From Octopus bimaculoides (taxonomy: Eukaryota), in contig NC_068984.1 of the NCBI RefSeq assembly GCF_001194135.2, positions 46,556,522 to 46,620,521 of the forward strand: DNA of 64,000 nucleotides, written 5' to 3'. Made by a program: the position numbers and the translations under genes. Under the pieces are notes generated by a model, which searched no databases, was not told the origin of the DNA, and worked only from the letters and a program-made list of their open reading frames with translations. Of this stretch, positions 39,190-52,145 are shown piece by piece (the first letter of the stretch is position 1; each line of letters starts with the position of its first letter).

Positions 39190-40330
39190 TACTGTATTTA
39201 GTACACACTTTGCATCCGTATTGTCTGACGCACTTGTTTCACTTGAGAGGAATTTGTATGCTCACTTTTCTCTGTGTCTTGTCTTAAATTTACTATTCTT
39301 TCACACTCTTCTGATACTTGTAAGGGTACAGCTTGGTTATATTCCAGCTTAGCGAGAATTCTTTTTCTTACTTCTGTGTCTTTCTCTGCAGTTAGTCTCT
39401 GAGTAAATATCAGGCGCTTGAACATATCTGGCGTTAACTCGTCCAGTTTGAAACATTCAAATTCTCTGTTAACTCTACCAGCATATGTAATGTGGTCCTC
39501 CTCATTGTTCTTTTCTTGGTTTTAACATTTCCAGTGTATATTGAACAATGAGTTTTTCTCGCTAAAAATTTTACACAATATGTCTATTGTATTTTTAAAG
39601 TTTGTCAGATGGGTTTTTTTCGGGAGAACGTAATTGCTGTAGCACTCATGTTCTCCTGCTGTCAGCTTTCTAATAATTAGACGCGTTTTCATATCATCGT
39701 CCCAATCTTTGCACTTTTTATTGAAGATTTGTTCGTATCTTTTATAGTACGCCTCGTAGTTAACTCCTTCGTCTGGTTCATACTTAAACTCTATTATCGA
39801 ATTTGCAACATACTCTGGCGCAAACATCTTACCAGCGTTTTCTGACGATTTGCACTTCAGTAATTACCGCATTTGTAGCTGTAATAGAAATTGTTGTTGT
39901 TGTTGCTTGTGTTGTTTTTGAAGTTGTAGCTGCTGTTGTTGTTGCTGTTGCTGTTCTATCAATTGCTGTTGTTGCTGTTTTTGCAACTCGTGCAAACTAG
40001 CCAACAAATTTTCCATAATTTTACGGTTTGGTATACCGCAAGTTTCGCACAAAAAAATTTGTGAGTTTCGTAACTCCTTGTGAGTTTGTTAATTCTTCGG
40101 GCGTTTGTTAAATCCTCTTCAGTTTGGTAATTCCGCGTTGACGCTGTTGTAGCCCTCTGTTGGAATGCTATAATGCCCACTCCAGTAAAACAGTATAGTT
40201 AGTAAGACAAGTAAGACCGACCACGACTATCTATGATCGTCTCCTTCGTACTCTCTTCTCATACTGACACTGACTGATAGTATTCATAAAGACTAACACA
40301 CACCACTCGTCACGTGGAAGGGCTGTATCA
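39190..40330 (-). mobile_element. Ty3/Gypsy LTR retrotransposon relic: short 5' LTR (about 40148-40330) + gag; pol absent
   Basis: gag (ATG 40016): poly-Q, then FAPEYVANSIIEFKYEPDEG..YKRYEQIF..RLIIRKL..YSNYVLP..IFSEKNSLF; FKLDELTPDMFKRLIF; LTR ends GGGCTACA, followed by a degenerate PBS-like ACAGCG. Confidence 0.75.
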
Positions 40331-40359
40331 TTGTTACTATTATCCCTATAATAACAACC

Positions 40360-40449
40360 CATCAGTGGCTGAGAATTTCAGGAGTGAAAGCAGAGACCGA
40401 TGGTTTCATATTGGTAGCATAAGATCAAAGCTTGCTTACCAGAAACTAC
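40360..40449 (+). mobile_element. tiny R4/Dong fragment
   Basis: HQWLRISGVKAETDGFILVA*DQSLLTRNY, homologous to 16053 and 27360. Confidence 0.6.
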
Positions 40450-40486
40450 CATCATCATCCTCATTGTTATTATTATGAAGGTGTTG

Positions 40487-40600
40487 AGCTGGCAGAATCG
40501 TTAGGATGTTGGGCAAAATGCTTAATAGCATTGTTCTGGTACTACGTTCTGAGTTCAAATTTCGCTGATGTCGGTGTTTGCTCTTCATCCTTTTTGTATC
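40487..40600 (+). mobile_element. SINE family B 5' part
   Basis: GAGCTGGCAGAATCGTTAGG..TACGTTCTGAGTTCAAATTTCGC. Confidence 0.7.
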
Positions 40601-43600
40601 GCTCGATTACATAACTACATATTCAGAGCTAAAATTTCACTCCGTGTCCCTATATTTGAAAGCATTATTATTTTTAATAGTAGTAGTATTCGTAGGAAGA
40701 GGAGGATGAGAAGGAAGTGAAGGAGAAGTAGCTGTAGTATTTCCAATAAAAGAAACCATTATTATTAACTATATGATTATAGTTATTAATAATAAAAATT
40801 TTACCATTTTATTTGCTCTTGTTACTACTATAGCTTCTATTTTTACTGCTATTTTACTGCTACTATTTTTACTACTAATTTTTTGGTTAATTTTACAGCT
40901 AGTATTTCCGCAGATAGTATTTGCCATGACAATACTGTCTCTCGACAGAACAATACCTTCCATTATATCCACAGTTGAAACGACTGTAGAGTGTGATGTG
41001 AAGGTTATTCGGATGCTATTTCTAGTTACTAGAATGGCCCGTAAATTTTTTCTCATTAAAACTTGATGCAAGCCGACATTCCAATTGCATTTTAATGCTT
41101 TTTTTTTTTACCTCACTTGAATTACGAAAAGCCTATTTATTATTTTTAACTTCCTTCTCTATCCATCTAATAATGGGAAGGTCTCTAAAATCAATATATC
41201 TGCAGGTTTAAGCCATTTAAACCACCGTTGTCTGTTAATAACAGATAACCAGACGACTTATCTGCCATAATGTTAATCGCAATCGTATATTCGCATACCC
41301 TGTGATAAAAGGCATTTTTCTTTAGTATAAACTTCTAATATAATATAATCCATGACACAATATCTTAGACAGCTTATTGACTGAGAGATCAATAAATTTT
41401 TCATCAATCTATTACTTCATAAACAAGAGTACGTAATTTTCAATAAATTCAATCTAACGAAAAATAAATCATAACAGATTTAAAAAAAACAAAAACATGT
41501 TGAAGTTATAATCAATCCAGTGAAGTTAAGATCATGCATTCGTTCATTGCATTACACATAAGGAAAAGTATGTATGCTTACAGTGACACACACATATTGA
41601 CAAACGCGCGCGCACACACACACATACACACACCCACGCTGAGCCTAACATATGTTCAAACATAAGATAGCACACATAAATATACAGAGACATAACACTA
41701 ATAAGACAGAGAGGATATGTAGTTTTTACATCATCAAAAAGAAGGAATTTTTTAAGGTCATTCCTTAACCTTAAAGTCATATCGGAGATATTTTCATTTT
41801 ATTTGCAATTTCATATTCACTTTTTTTCCTTTTTTTACATTTCTGTTTCTCTAAATATTTGGTTGAATTTAATTATTATCAATGTATTCTTGACACTTGA
41901 TCCGTTCAATGTGTATTTGATGCGTTCTGGAGTTTGGTCACAACAAGTTGAAACTGTATGACACCATAAATATTTCCCTTTGAAAGTCAGCTTATAAAGG
42001 GTTGAAGCAAAGAAAAGTATGTTCATAGATTTAATTTTAACTTTCATGATGACATAGATGATAGAAAAAAGCCGAAGCGTAACAACAAATATACTAAAAA
42101 CCAGCACACTACAAAATCTTTAAAAGGGAAATTATTGACATTTATGGAGAGAACGTATTGTTTCTGAGAATACTTATGGTGACAAGTTTAGCAAAACAAC
42201 AACAGCAACAAAAGTGTTTCATTTATGTTGTTGGAGCAGAGACAAGCCTGCATTCGCAAGAACATAGCACAATGGCATGCCAAAACAACTCTGCATTTTT
42301 CAATGATAATAATTTATATGAAAGTCCACCCTCTTTAATTTTCAAAACATACTTGTAACAAACATATTCTTATAAGATTCAATGAGAGTGAAATAAAGCA
42401 ATGCAATATTACGTTACAGACGCGTTTTATTCTTTTACCTATTTTTGTCATGCACATGCAGAAAAGATGGAGCACCCTCAAGAGTTAAATCCAGTTAAAC
42501 TTAATTAATTTAAATAGTAGTCTTTAAACAATGATTCCTTATAAGGCCACCCTCTGAGTACTTTAAAACCGAAAAATGAGCAGCTCTGCTATCTCCTTCA
42601 ACAGCGTTGCAATGGTGAAATCTTCATTCCTTTGAATGAAAAGTTGTGAATGTATTGTATGAAACCATTGGTATCGTATTAACTGCACGCTGCTATCATA
42701 CACACATACACGTAATTGTAGTAATATTAGTAGTAGGCAACAATGTTGCAGCATGTACCTGTATTCATATATGACCTCCAACTTAGACTTACTTGTGACA
42801 ATATGTACATAGACAAAACAAAATTACATTTTGTTCTCCTTCTATCTACAATCAACGAAGTGAAAATGTCCAAAACGTTTCTGCAGTCAACAACACCGCC
42901 AAACGTTACTTAACTTACCGATTCAAAAATATGGCTCTTGATAGGACAATAATCTATAATGATTAAGATTCGAGACACCTCTGTGAATTATGGCAATGTG
43001 TAGCTTGTCTTCGAAAATTTGTGCGCAAAAATCTATATGGCAGATATTCACTTTCAATTATATTCACTCATGCGTTGCAATAATGTTTCTTATATATTAT
43101 TTCTTATATAGTCCATACCAGATTATAACTGCTACCTTCTAAAAAATCAACTATGTTTTACATATTGCTTTTACTACACTCAACTATAAAATAATGGTGG
43201 TTTTCGTACGTGGTAACTTAAGTCGCGAAAGAAAGTGGAACGCTCCATAAAGTGAATTTGAACTCATACTCCGTCGGCAGATACATCCTGTACTTAATAG
43301 ATGGCTATTGCTCACGCAAACATACAAATGCACTCAAACAATGAACTTACTTTTTCTTGGTGTGTGCTGTTATAAAATTTGACAGAATACATTAAAAACA
43401 CAGCATGTTTTGGGAGAATAAAACTTTAAAGATATCAAAACAATGAAGGAAAAAATACTACGATTGCCTATAAATGTACATCCAAAGAAGTTATTTTCTG
43501 CGATTACATACAAAAGTAATTTGAGAACATAATAAAAAAGTAATTGAAAAATAAAAGAAAGTTGAACACTACTAAGCCGTGATGCATTACATGAAACGCA

Positions 43601-43799
43601 GCACTATAAAAATTAATTGCTATTTCCTTAAACATAATTTGTTGACATCAAATACATGCGCTCCTTTAGAGAGTAACTTACGTCAAAATATCACTTCCAC
43701 AGAATAGAGATTTATTTTATTTCCTATGTGAGAATCATTTTCTCTCGAAGTTTATGTGCACTCTCTTCCTCCTGAAGAACAGTTTAAATATGACTCATT

Positions 43800-43869
43800 T
43801 GCCTTTTCTTTCTTTCTTTTTTCTTTCTTTCTTTCTTTCTGTCTTTCTTTCATTCTTTCTTTCTTTCAT

Positions 43870-43920
<51 letters not shown>

Positions 43921-43925
43921 CTCAC
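43800..43925. repeat. (TTTC)n polypyrimidine microsatellite
   Basis: Read directly from the sequence. Confidence 0.9.
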
Positions 43926-44957
43926 TCCCTCTCTCTCTCGTCCTGTTTTTTTTTTCTTCTCTTCCCTATAAGTCTCCTCTCTTCCCTCTCCCACACAGCC
44001 TCACTTCTTTTTCACTTCTCAATTTTGCAGTCATTCTGTCCTGATATCGCTACAGAATCGTCCTACTGATTATATATTCATTGCAAGCAGGGATTATTCC
44101 CATAGTCGAATAAAATATCTGCCTATTGTCAGACGCCTTCCAACAATTAGATTGTTATTACACAGTAGCTAATACAAACAATTTTCTTGAGTTCTAATTA
44201 CAGAACCGAAGAAGACTAGCAAATATCATGAAGTTTCTAGTTGTTTTGGAGACTATCTTGCCTATTAAAGTTTTCTATGTATGTATCAAAAATAGCTGTA
44301 AGAAAGTCAATATAGCAATGGTTAGTAATATGAAGTACCGACATATACCATTTCAGATTGAGTGAATAGTTTATTCAATACTCCAATGTTCAAAATAATC
44401 ATTTATATTATAGTACTATACATAAGTATTATGTTTATCGTTTATCATATATTATTTATTCAAGTATATTTTTCATCAAGGAAGCACTTTCAGTCCCATC
44501 GGACATGACAAAACCAAACAAAGGTCACTAAGATCGATATTTTCATCTTGATTCTACACGGATATCTCATATCATAGAATCTGTTAATGGTATAACGTGA
44601 TAAATACACTCTTATATATATTCAATGACATACTTTTAACTGGGGGATATCATTTGATTGGTATATGACAAGGTGAGATAATCAACGGTTTACTCAAACG
44701 CATCGACCCTAATATTAATTCAGCATTGAAATTATTTTGTCAGTCAATAATTATCCAATGTCTGAGTTACGTTCTTGAGGCAACAATTGGCAAATAAATA
44801 TCGAGACAACTGCAGAGCTTACTTGAAGTTAAATTAAGGAGGTAAAATTCTTTAAATTTCAAGTGTCATAAGACGAGATTTCAAAAAGATTCCACGACCA
44901 GACTCATTTTCCCAGCGAGAAATAAATTAAGAAGAATCAACAAAACCATTTATAATA

Positions 44958-45125
44958 AAATATATGATAATTCTTTCTACTATAGTCACAAGGCCTGGAA
45001 GGGAGCTAGTCAATTATATTGACCCCAGTGATCAACTCACAGTTATTTAATCGACTCTGAAAAGATCGATTTTAGTGGATTTTGAACTCGGAACATAAAG
45101 AGGGACGATTTTGCTTGGTCATCGC
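44958..45125 (-). mobile_element. SINE family B, degenerate
   Basis: Reverse complement of ..GAGTTCAAAATCC..CAGGCCTTGTGACTATAGTAGAAAGAATT. Confidence 0.6.
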
Positions 45126-46149
45126 CTTACAAAAACACAAATATGATAATATGTAGGGAACAATGTTAGCGATGAGCACTTTGGAATCAGAAATCTAGGT
45201 TTATATATCACAAAAGATAAACAGCGATGCCGAAATATCTAATATGATTATAGTTCACTGCGGGATTTATTACTAAGTATTTGTTACCAAGAACCCTAAA
45301 TTTTGCGTACCTATATATGGCAATTACATATAATCATATATAGCAGGAGCCGATGGTCTTCTACGATGAGAGTATTTGAAAGAAAATTGTAAAGCAGATT
45401 TTCTTTATGTAAACACGAGAGTCATAAACAGGGCACAAATTGGAAGCAGTTTTTGATTTATGTAACTTAAACGTCATAAAAATTTGTGCAATATCAACAG
45501 TAAAAAATGGTATGGATGATACTCAGTTCAGCTCCGCGATTATGATAGGGAATGAGACAGCTATGTTCAGGGAATGCATCATTAAATTCTGCAAAGGATC
45601 TGTTTATAGGAAAGCAGTATTTAGTGAAAAGTTCAAGTAATTAATTTGGCCTAATGAGACAACATTGTGAGAATGCTTTCTCAACGTACACTCTCCCAAA
45701 TCTATCTCTGTATCAAACTTGCAATGCTTAAATTAACTAAACTTCAGCATTCGAAAATACATACAACTCTGAAACGTTTCTACAAGTCAACTTGTAACTT
45801 TTCAAACATGTATCACATATAACAACTCATTTTTCTCCCGCTTACATATGGAAATACTTTCTCTGTCTGTCTGCCTGTCTCTGTCTATCTGTCGGTCTGT
45901 TTCTCTGTCTCTCTCTCCCTCTCCTTGTCCCTCTAAATATTCTGCAATGAAATACGAATACTTAACAGCAGAGAATTATATACTAAGATTACCTGCACTA
46001 CATTAACTTCGACTTCATGCATATCAACTAGGCAGACTGGTGTTATTATCGAATAATCATTACTGAGCTTAAAAACAACTTTGCTACTAGAAACAGTATA
46101 CTTCCACAAAGTACCGTCTTAATAAAACTTGAAAATGTTAATACAAATT

Positions 46150-46479
46150 TAAGATTAGATCAGTTGCATCTAGCATAGGCCTTTACTCAAAATTCCCTAC
46201 CTCTTCCCACAAATTTTAAAGACTATTCTGTAAGACATCTCTGGATACGTCAACTGCTCTAATAACAGAATTCTAAATCTTTTGTAACAAGACACATTCA
46301 CCTTGTGGTATTTCTTTCCACCTACACTACTCGTTCAACAGCTCGACATCTGCTCTCCAATCAGTCTAACTACTGACAGATTGCAGCATCTACGGTCAGT
46401 AATAATTTTCCTGTCTGTCACGTACACCAATAGGTCTTCTCTTTTATTGTGGACAACGGATACTTTCAAGCATCATATA

Positions 46480-46530
<51 letters not shown>

Positions 46531-46538
46531 ACACACGC

Positions 46539-46570
<32 letters not shown>

Positions 46571-47250
46571 GCACGCAAACAAATATACGCACACATTTAC
46601 ACAGCCACAAACAAGTTCTACCAGTGAGATCTGGTATCCTGTGGATGCACTGGTCATTTAATTATATCGAACGGCTGATGCTCCGGGAGTTCACCAACTG
46701 ATAATCTTGTTCTTCTAGTAAACTAGATATATGTACCTGACATACACATCTTCACATATCCTTGGTAAGATTAAATTCAGTACTGAATTTATATTCTGAC
46801 ACTGCTCTGATTCTAATCCAGAAAAACTGATAAGATAAAGATTAACAATAGGGTCCACAGGAAAATCGCCTACTCAGTTTCGTCCACCATTAGAAATTAG
46901 CTCTTACTAGCATGCTAAGACCATGACATGTAGATGACTACCCTACATATTACTAACAGATACAGAGAGACAGAAGATCGAATCACAAGTGCCCCACTGT
47001 TCCAAAGAATGTTGGTAGTTAGTGGAACACTATTTCCTCTGTCAGCTGTCACCAAAAGTTCAACTTCAAGAAATTCAGCAAATCACTCAAATCTCCTTTA
47101 TGAGTTTTTCAAACTTTGGAATATGAGTATAACCACTGCTATCCTCTAAGTTAACTTTAGAAAAGAAGATGGATATACATTCAAGGTATTCCTTGCAAAA
47201 ATGCCTTCTGCAGAAATGGCTCCCCGCTTCGATATTTTTGCGCTTTGGTA
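46150..47250 (-). mobile_element. very old CR1/L2-like RT fragment interrupted by (AC)n
   Basis: Faint motifs WKEIPQG.CVL and FFSKVNLED..HIPKF; many stops. Confidence 0.3.
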
Positions 47251-48270
47251 GAAGTTCAACGCGCCTCATAATAATAATAAAAAACATATGAAAGTACTGT
47301 AAACAAGACAAGCCTTTATTAAACCTGTATCGTGAGAAATTCTGACCGAAATTTCACAAACCTGCTATTAAATAATGTCATCTTAAGACGACGTTATTAA
47401 GAGAAATACAAATCAAATGAAGACCTTTGCTTTATCTTGTTAAACTAGCTGCGCGACACAACACACTTTTTAACTTCGTTTTCTGCTTGAACACACATAA
47501 GATATCTTATGGAGCATGATTTTCAGCCCCAATTTCCACAAATGAGCAACGAAGTTTAGTTCAAACATTTTAATCTATAAACTTACACCTATAATCTATA
47601 ATCTATAATTTACACCTTCTTGTATATTTCCGGGTTATACTTACACATTGAAAAGAGAATTGCTTACCTGAAATCTGTGACATACTAAATAAAAAAATTA
47701 AAAAAAAACTTTGGTCTATCTTCCTGTTTATATTTAATCTCCCAAGTAGTTTGCAATGCTTTTTGAAATTGTTTTTCATAATTCATTTACGCTTCATAAA
47801 CTACCACACACTAACATATGCGGAATCATTTTTACATATGGAATCCTTTATAATATTGGAACCGTAGGACGTCTTCTTTTCATAAAATATATTGAAAGTA
47901 AAATATATATTGAGAGTAAAATATAATTAACCACATAGTTTCTCTCACTTTCACAAGGATCAAAAACATAATTAAATTCACTATGGTAAAAACTGCTGTG
48001 ACGTTTATAGCTTTCTGAATGTTATTAATGGGAGAATCGCACTGAAATGGCACCAACTAGGAAATCCAACCTCCCTGCAGATTTTACGAGCTGATATCCC
48101 TCCTGCTGTACTACGATACAGATACTGAAATATTTGGATCAATGTTGCCGCACCAGGTTATCACTCTAGTGACACGTATTTTATCTATTAATGTATTACT
48201 GTTGGATGAAACACTATTATATAGTGGCACAACCTACTGTGCTAGAAATAATCGATCTCTTACAATTACG

Positions 48271-48316
<46 letters not shown>

Positions 48317-48532
48317 TATTATAAGATTCAGAAAGATTCAGAAATATTATCTGCAATCTCAGGGGATTAAGGTACATTCTAAAAAATAACGTCGACCACT
48401 AACGTGGACAATTAATGCGCTAGAAATAGATCACATCTTGTGTCTATTAAGACCTAAAAAGTTCTCAACATGAAATATAGCAGCATACCAAAAACGTGAG
48501 CGGGCAAGACATTTAAAATCACCTAAAAAAAT

Positions 48533-48612
48533 CATTATTAAACAGGAACCAGGTTTCGGATTTAACAAATTCTTACCATTTGTCTATTCCTCATCAGCCT
48601 GATTTGTAATGT
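48533..48612 (-). ncRNA. type I hammerhead ribozyme (left arm, canonical core)
   Basis: aaatCAGG-CTGATGA-GGAATAGACAAAT-ggtaaga-ATTTGTTAAATCC-GAAA-CCTGG-TT-CCTGttt; G10.1-C11.1 intact; GUU triplet; predicted cut between 48547 and 48546. Confidence 0.75.
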
Positions 48613-48690
48613 AACAGCAATTATCAGAACCATATGCACGCGCACCCATGGCGGTGGGCAACTATGTATACGATTCTGATAATTGCTGTT

Positions 48691-48770
48691 ACATTACAAA
48701 TCAGGCTGATGAGGAATAGACAAATGGTAAGAATTTGTTAAATCTGAAACCTGGTTCCTGTTTAATAATG
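48691..48770 (+). ncRNA. type I hammerhead ribozyme (right arm, C11.1U variant)
   Basis: CTGATGA at 48706-48712, GAAAC at 48746-48750, GTT at 48754-48756, stem I CAGG/CCTG. Confidence 0.7.
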
Positions 48771-49176
48771 ATTTTTTAGGTGATTTTAAATGTCTTGCCC
48801 GCTCACGTTTTTGGTATGCTGCTATATTTCATGTTGAGAACTTTTTAGGTCTTAATAGACACAATATGTGATCTATTTTTAGCGCATTAATTGTCCACGT
48901 TATTTTTTATCTATCTATCTATGTATGTATGTGTGTGCGTGTGTGTGTGTGTATATACATACATCTATCTGTCTGTCTATCTATCTACCTATGGACTAAG
49001 GTCACAATTTTTTTTGCTTCATTTATTCTTTTTGCAGTACCAAGGTCTCTCAAACTACTATACAAATCAATATATGGTAATGTTATAGATTATTGATTAT
49101 CCTTCGAATGTTTCAAAGATATCTATTTTAATCTTTTAATATCACATTCGTTTAATCCATTATATATAACCTGTTA

Positions 49177-49400
49177 GGGCGGCGAGCTGGCAGAATCGTT
49201 AGCACGCTGAACGAACTGCTTAGCGGTATTTCGTCTGTCGTTACGTTCTGAGTTCAAATTCTGCCGAGTTCGACTTTGCCTTTCATCCTTTCGGGGTCGA
49301 TTAAATAAGTACTAGTTACGCACTGGGGTCGATGTAATCTCTTTGTTTGTCTTTGTTTGTCCCCTCTATGTTTAGCCCCTGTGGGCAATAATGAAATAAA
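49177..49400 (+). mobile_element. SINE family B, well-preserved copy (CORE-like)
   Basis: GGGCGGCGAGCTGGCAGAATCGTTAGCACG..GAGTTCAAATTCTGCCGAGTTCGACTTTGCCTTTCATCCTTTCGGGGTCG. Confidence 0.9.
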
Positions 49401-49699
49401 TTATATATAACCTGTTGCTTTTACTCTCCTATGAGGATGCATCTACACGCAAACTAAAAAAAAGTAGGAAAAAAAGACAAAAATATACCAAAACATATAT
49501 CCAGTACCACATAACTGTTGGAAATACCATGGTTAATGAAGATGTTTTTCTTTTTGCTAGACTGTCTATTTTCTACCTCAATCTTCATTCATTACTAATG
49601 TATAGATCTTTGAACAGCGGTGGAAGTTGAGAAACTACTGTGGGTTGTTTTCCATTTTATACCTCATGTAATAAATCATTAGGTAAAACAAAGGAGTGA

Positions 49700-50750
49700 G
49701 TTTTCTGCAGAAAACTGAAATATATTTTAAATATTCTACTGTAGATTTCTATTATTCCAGATTCTGTATTTAAGAGAAGTGGTAGAAACACTTGAATGAT
49801 GGTCTGAATGAATTGAAGTATTTATGTCCCATTACTTTCTGGGTTTAACAAATCTCAACAAAGCTGAGATTCTTTCTACATCAATAAATTAGGTATCACT
49901 TGGTTTCTTAAGTCAACACCAATAGTTCTAATAATGGCCATCATGTATCCATTTGGCTGTAATACATCCTGTATAACATCATCCAATGATCTTTCCTCCT
50001 TTAAAACAGTACGATATAATTTTAGGTATATTTGTGTGCTATTCATAGGTGCTCCCTAGCCCAATAAGTACCATTTACGTACTACAATTGAGGCAGCAAT
50101 ATGATAAGTACTTATACTCATATAAATCAATATATTACGTACTGAAGAGTCAGGGTCCGTAAATAAGAAATATGCTGCAAAACAGCTGAAACTGCTACAG
50201 AATTTCCGTTGATATTTGTATCCAATTCATATCATTTACACACCTAAATATTTGTAAAAATTACATGGAATTTACAAGGCATCTACAGTGACTTTCTGGT
50301 CATTAAAATAAACTGTAAACACAGAGAATGAGTATGTTAAAGGGACCCAAATTCCTTTGCACTACTAATTGCGTTACTACAGGTATGAACTTGGCATAAA
50401 CTGTAGATCATTAGGCTCATTAATATTTTACATGCTTCACCAATTTGCATGGATGGATCTCCAGAGATTATTTACTAATTTCAAGGAATCTGGTGCTGAA
50501 GATTTATATATCTATTTTACATAAATTCCAGCGAACGAGAGAATAATTTCCTTGGACTTATAACCCGAAATGTTTTTAAGAACATAAAAATCCAAGCCAG
50601 CGAAACATTCGTATTTATTGTATAAGGACTCCCTGAAGCGGCAAATTATCTCATATATTGTAGCTGTCTAAAGATAGGGCAATTCGTCACTGAAATAGTT
50701 TGGTTACAGAAAATGTATAATCCCAGCAGTAAAGTTTGAATTGCTGTTAT
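49700..50750 (-). mobile_element. very old CR1-like LINE RT fragment
   Basis: Faint collinear motifs WIFMFLKTF (YLDF.KAF-like), IISGDP (SGVPQG-like), KEERSLDDVIQDVLQP (EERDLGVIIQD-like). Confidence 0.3.
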
Positions 50751-51944
50751 ATACTGGAAATGTTATCAAGATAATTTGCATTAGTCATTACATAAACAAT
50801 ATATTACATGGAACGGGAAAAGTGCACTGGGTAATTTCTAAAGAAGTAAACTAATACTTACAATAGTTGTAGAGTTGAGTGTGGTTTTTAATTCATTTAT
50901 TTTGTCTTGTTCCGTTAACTTTACCTCTTTCTGTGGAAAGTTAAGTGGATGTTCATCTCAGATTTGACTTGACTTAGATTTGTTGGGGCATCTAAAACGA
51001 ACCAAAAATGGCGGAGTTTATACGGGGTATCGCTATTTGTGAGATCGTACGTGAAACAGTTGAACACTACCTACTTTTACACACGTGCCTGGTGCTTGAA
51101 TAATTGAAACAATGCCACTCTAAATAATATATTTATATATAGGGCAATTTCAACTAAATATTTCAATTTCTTCCATGGCTTATAATTGGCAAATGATCAA
51201 ACATCACAGTACATGTTTACACCAAAATAAACCAGACAATTTGAGAGTGAAAACTTTTGGATTTGGATAATATTCAGGCCAAGAATCATTCGCTTAGTAA
51301 TACGAGATATAAACTCCTATAAAAGTTCCGCACTTCTAATAGTTATTTTTTATGAATAAGAAATTGACAACTATCCTATGGCTGGAAGTTTATTAACTGT
51401 AACCATTACACGTTTTACACATGACGAAAAATGTTGCTCGCTCAAAAGAACAGCCAACGTGGAGCCGAAAGTAATAAGCATCGTAGAGCTATAAGCAACA
51501 ATAGCATAGTAAATGATGTGCAGTACGGGTCACAATGTAAATGATGTACAATAACATATGGGTCACAATCTCGTTGTCGAATATATCCTTCATTTCAAAC
51601 AATTTTAAATGCAATATAGTTTCCTTTGCACCAATATTTCCCTATATTTTACACTAAGAGGAAAAGTCTCAATGTTACGTTTATTCTGTTTCAAAATAAA
51701 TTGAACCCTGTATTGGCATCTCTCGTGTAGACATTTCTCACATGTTGATACTGATTTCATTTTTTAAACAGAAAATGGCTGCAGATAATGCAAGTCTCTT
51801 CCTTTATATGTCGGATGCAATACCATACATAATTAGCGTTCCGTATGTGGCTATTACACATAATACCAAATCTTGAAGTAAGACAAAATGATTCTCTCAC
51901 CTCAGATTAATATGTATTCATTTATCAATATTTTGTAATTGATG

Positions 51945-52145
51945 TAAGGCGGCCGAAGTCGTTAGCACGCAGGCAGAATGCTTATCAGTATGTTGTCCAT
52001 TCGGAGTACAAATATTGCCGAGGGCTACTTTATCTTTCATCCCTTTCGGGGTAGATAAGGTAAGTGCCAGTTGAGCATTGGGTTCGATGTAATCGACTAA
52101 CGCCCTCCCCAGAAATTACTGGCCCTGTGCCAAAATTTGAAATCA
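51945..52145 (+). mobile_element. SINE family B
   Basis: AAGGCGGCC..GTTAGCACGC..GCCGAGGGCTACTTTATCTTTCATCCCTTTCGGGG..CCCTGTGCC. Confidence 0.75.

Larger units (their letters stand above)
48380..48909. repeat. 530-bp palindrome (229-bp arms at 48401-48629 and 48674-48901; 3 substitutions + 1 indel; 44-nt spacer), probably inverted PLE terminal repeats
   Basis: Base-by-base comparison of the arms; each arm contains a hammerhead. Confidence 0.92.

Noticed and set aside
47655-47700. 17-nt micro-exon on the minus strand (T-rich acceptor, CAG|GTAAGC donor); similar isolated splice-like sites near 4630, 25450 and 42910
   Set aside because: Such motifs arise often by chance in AT-rich DNA; no homology or frame support.
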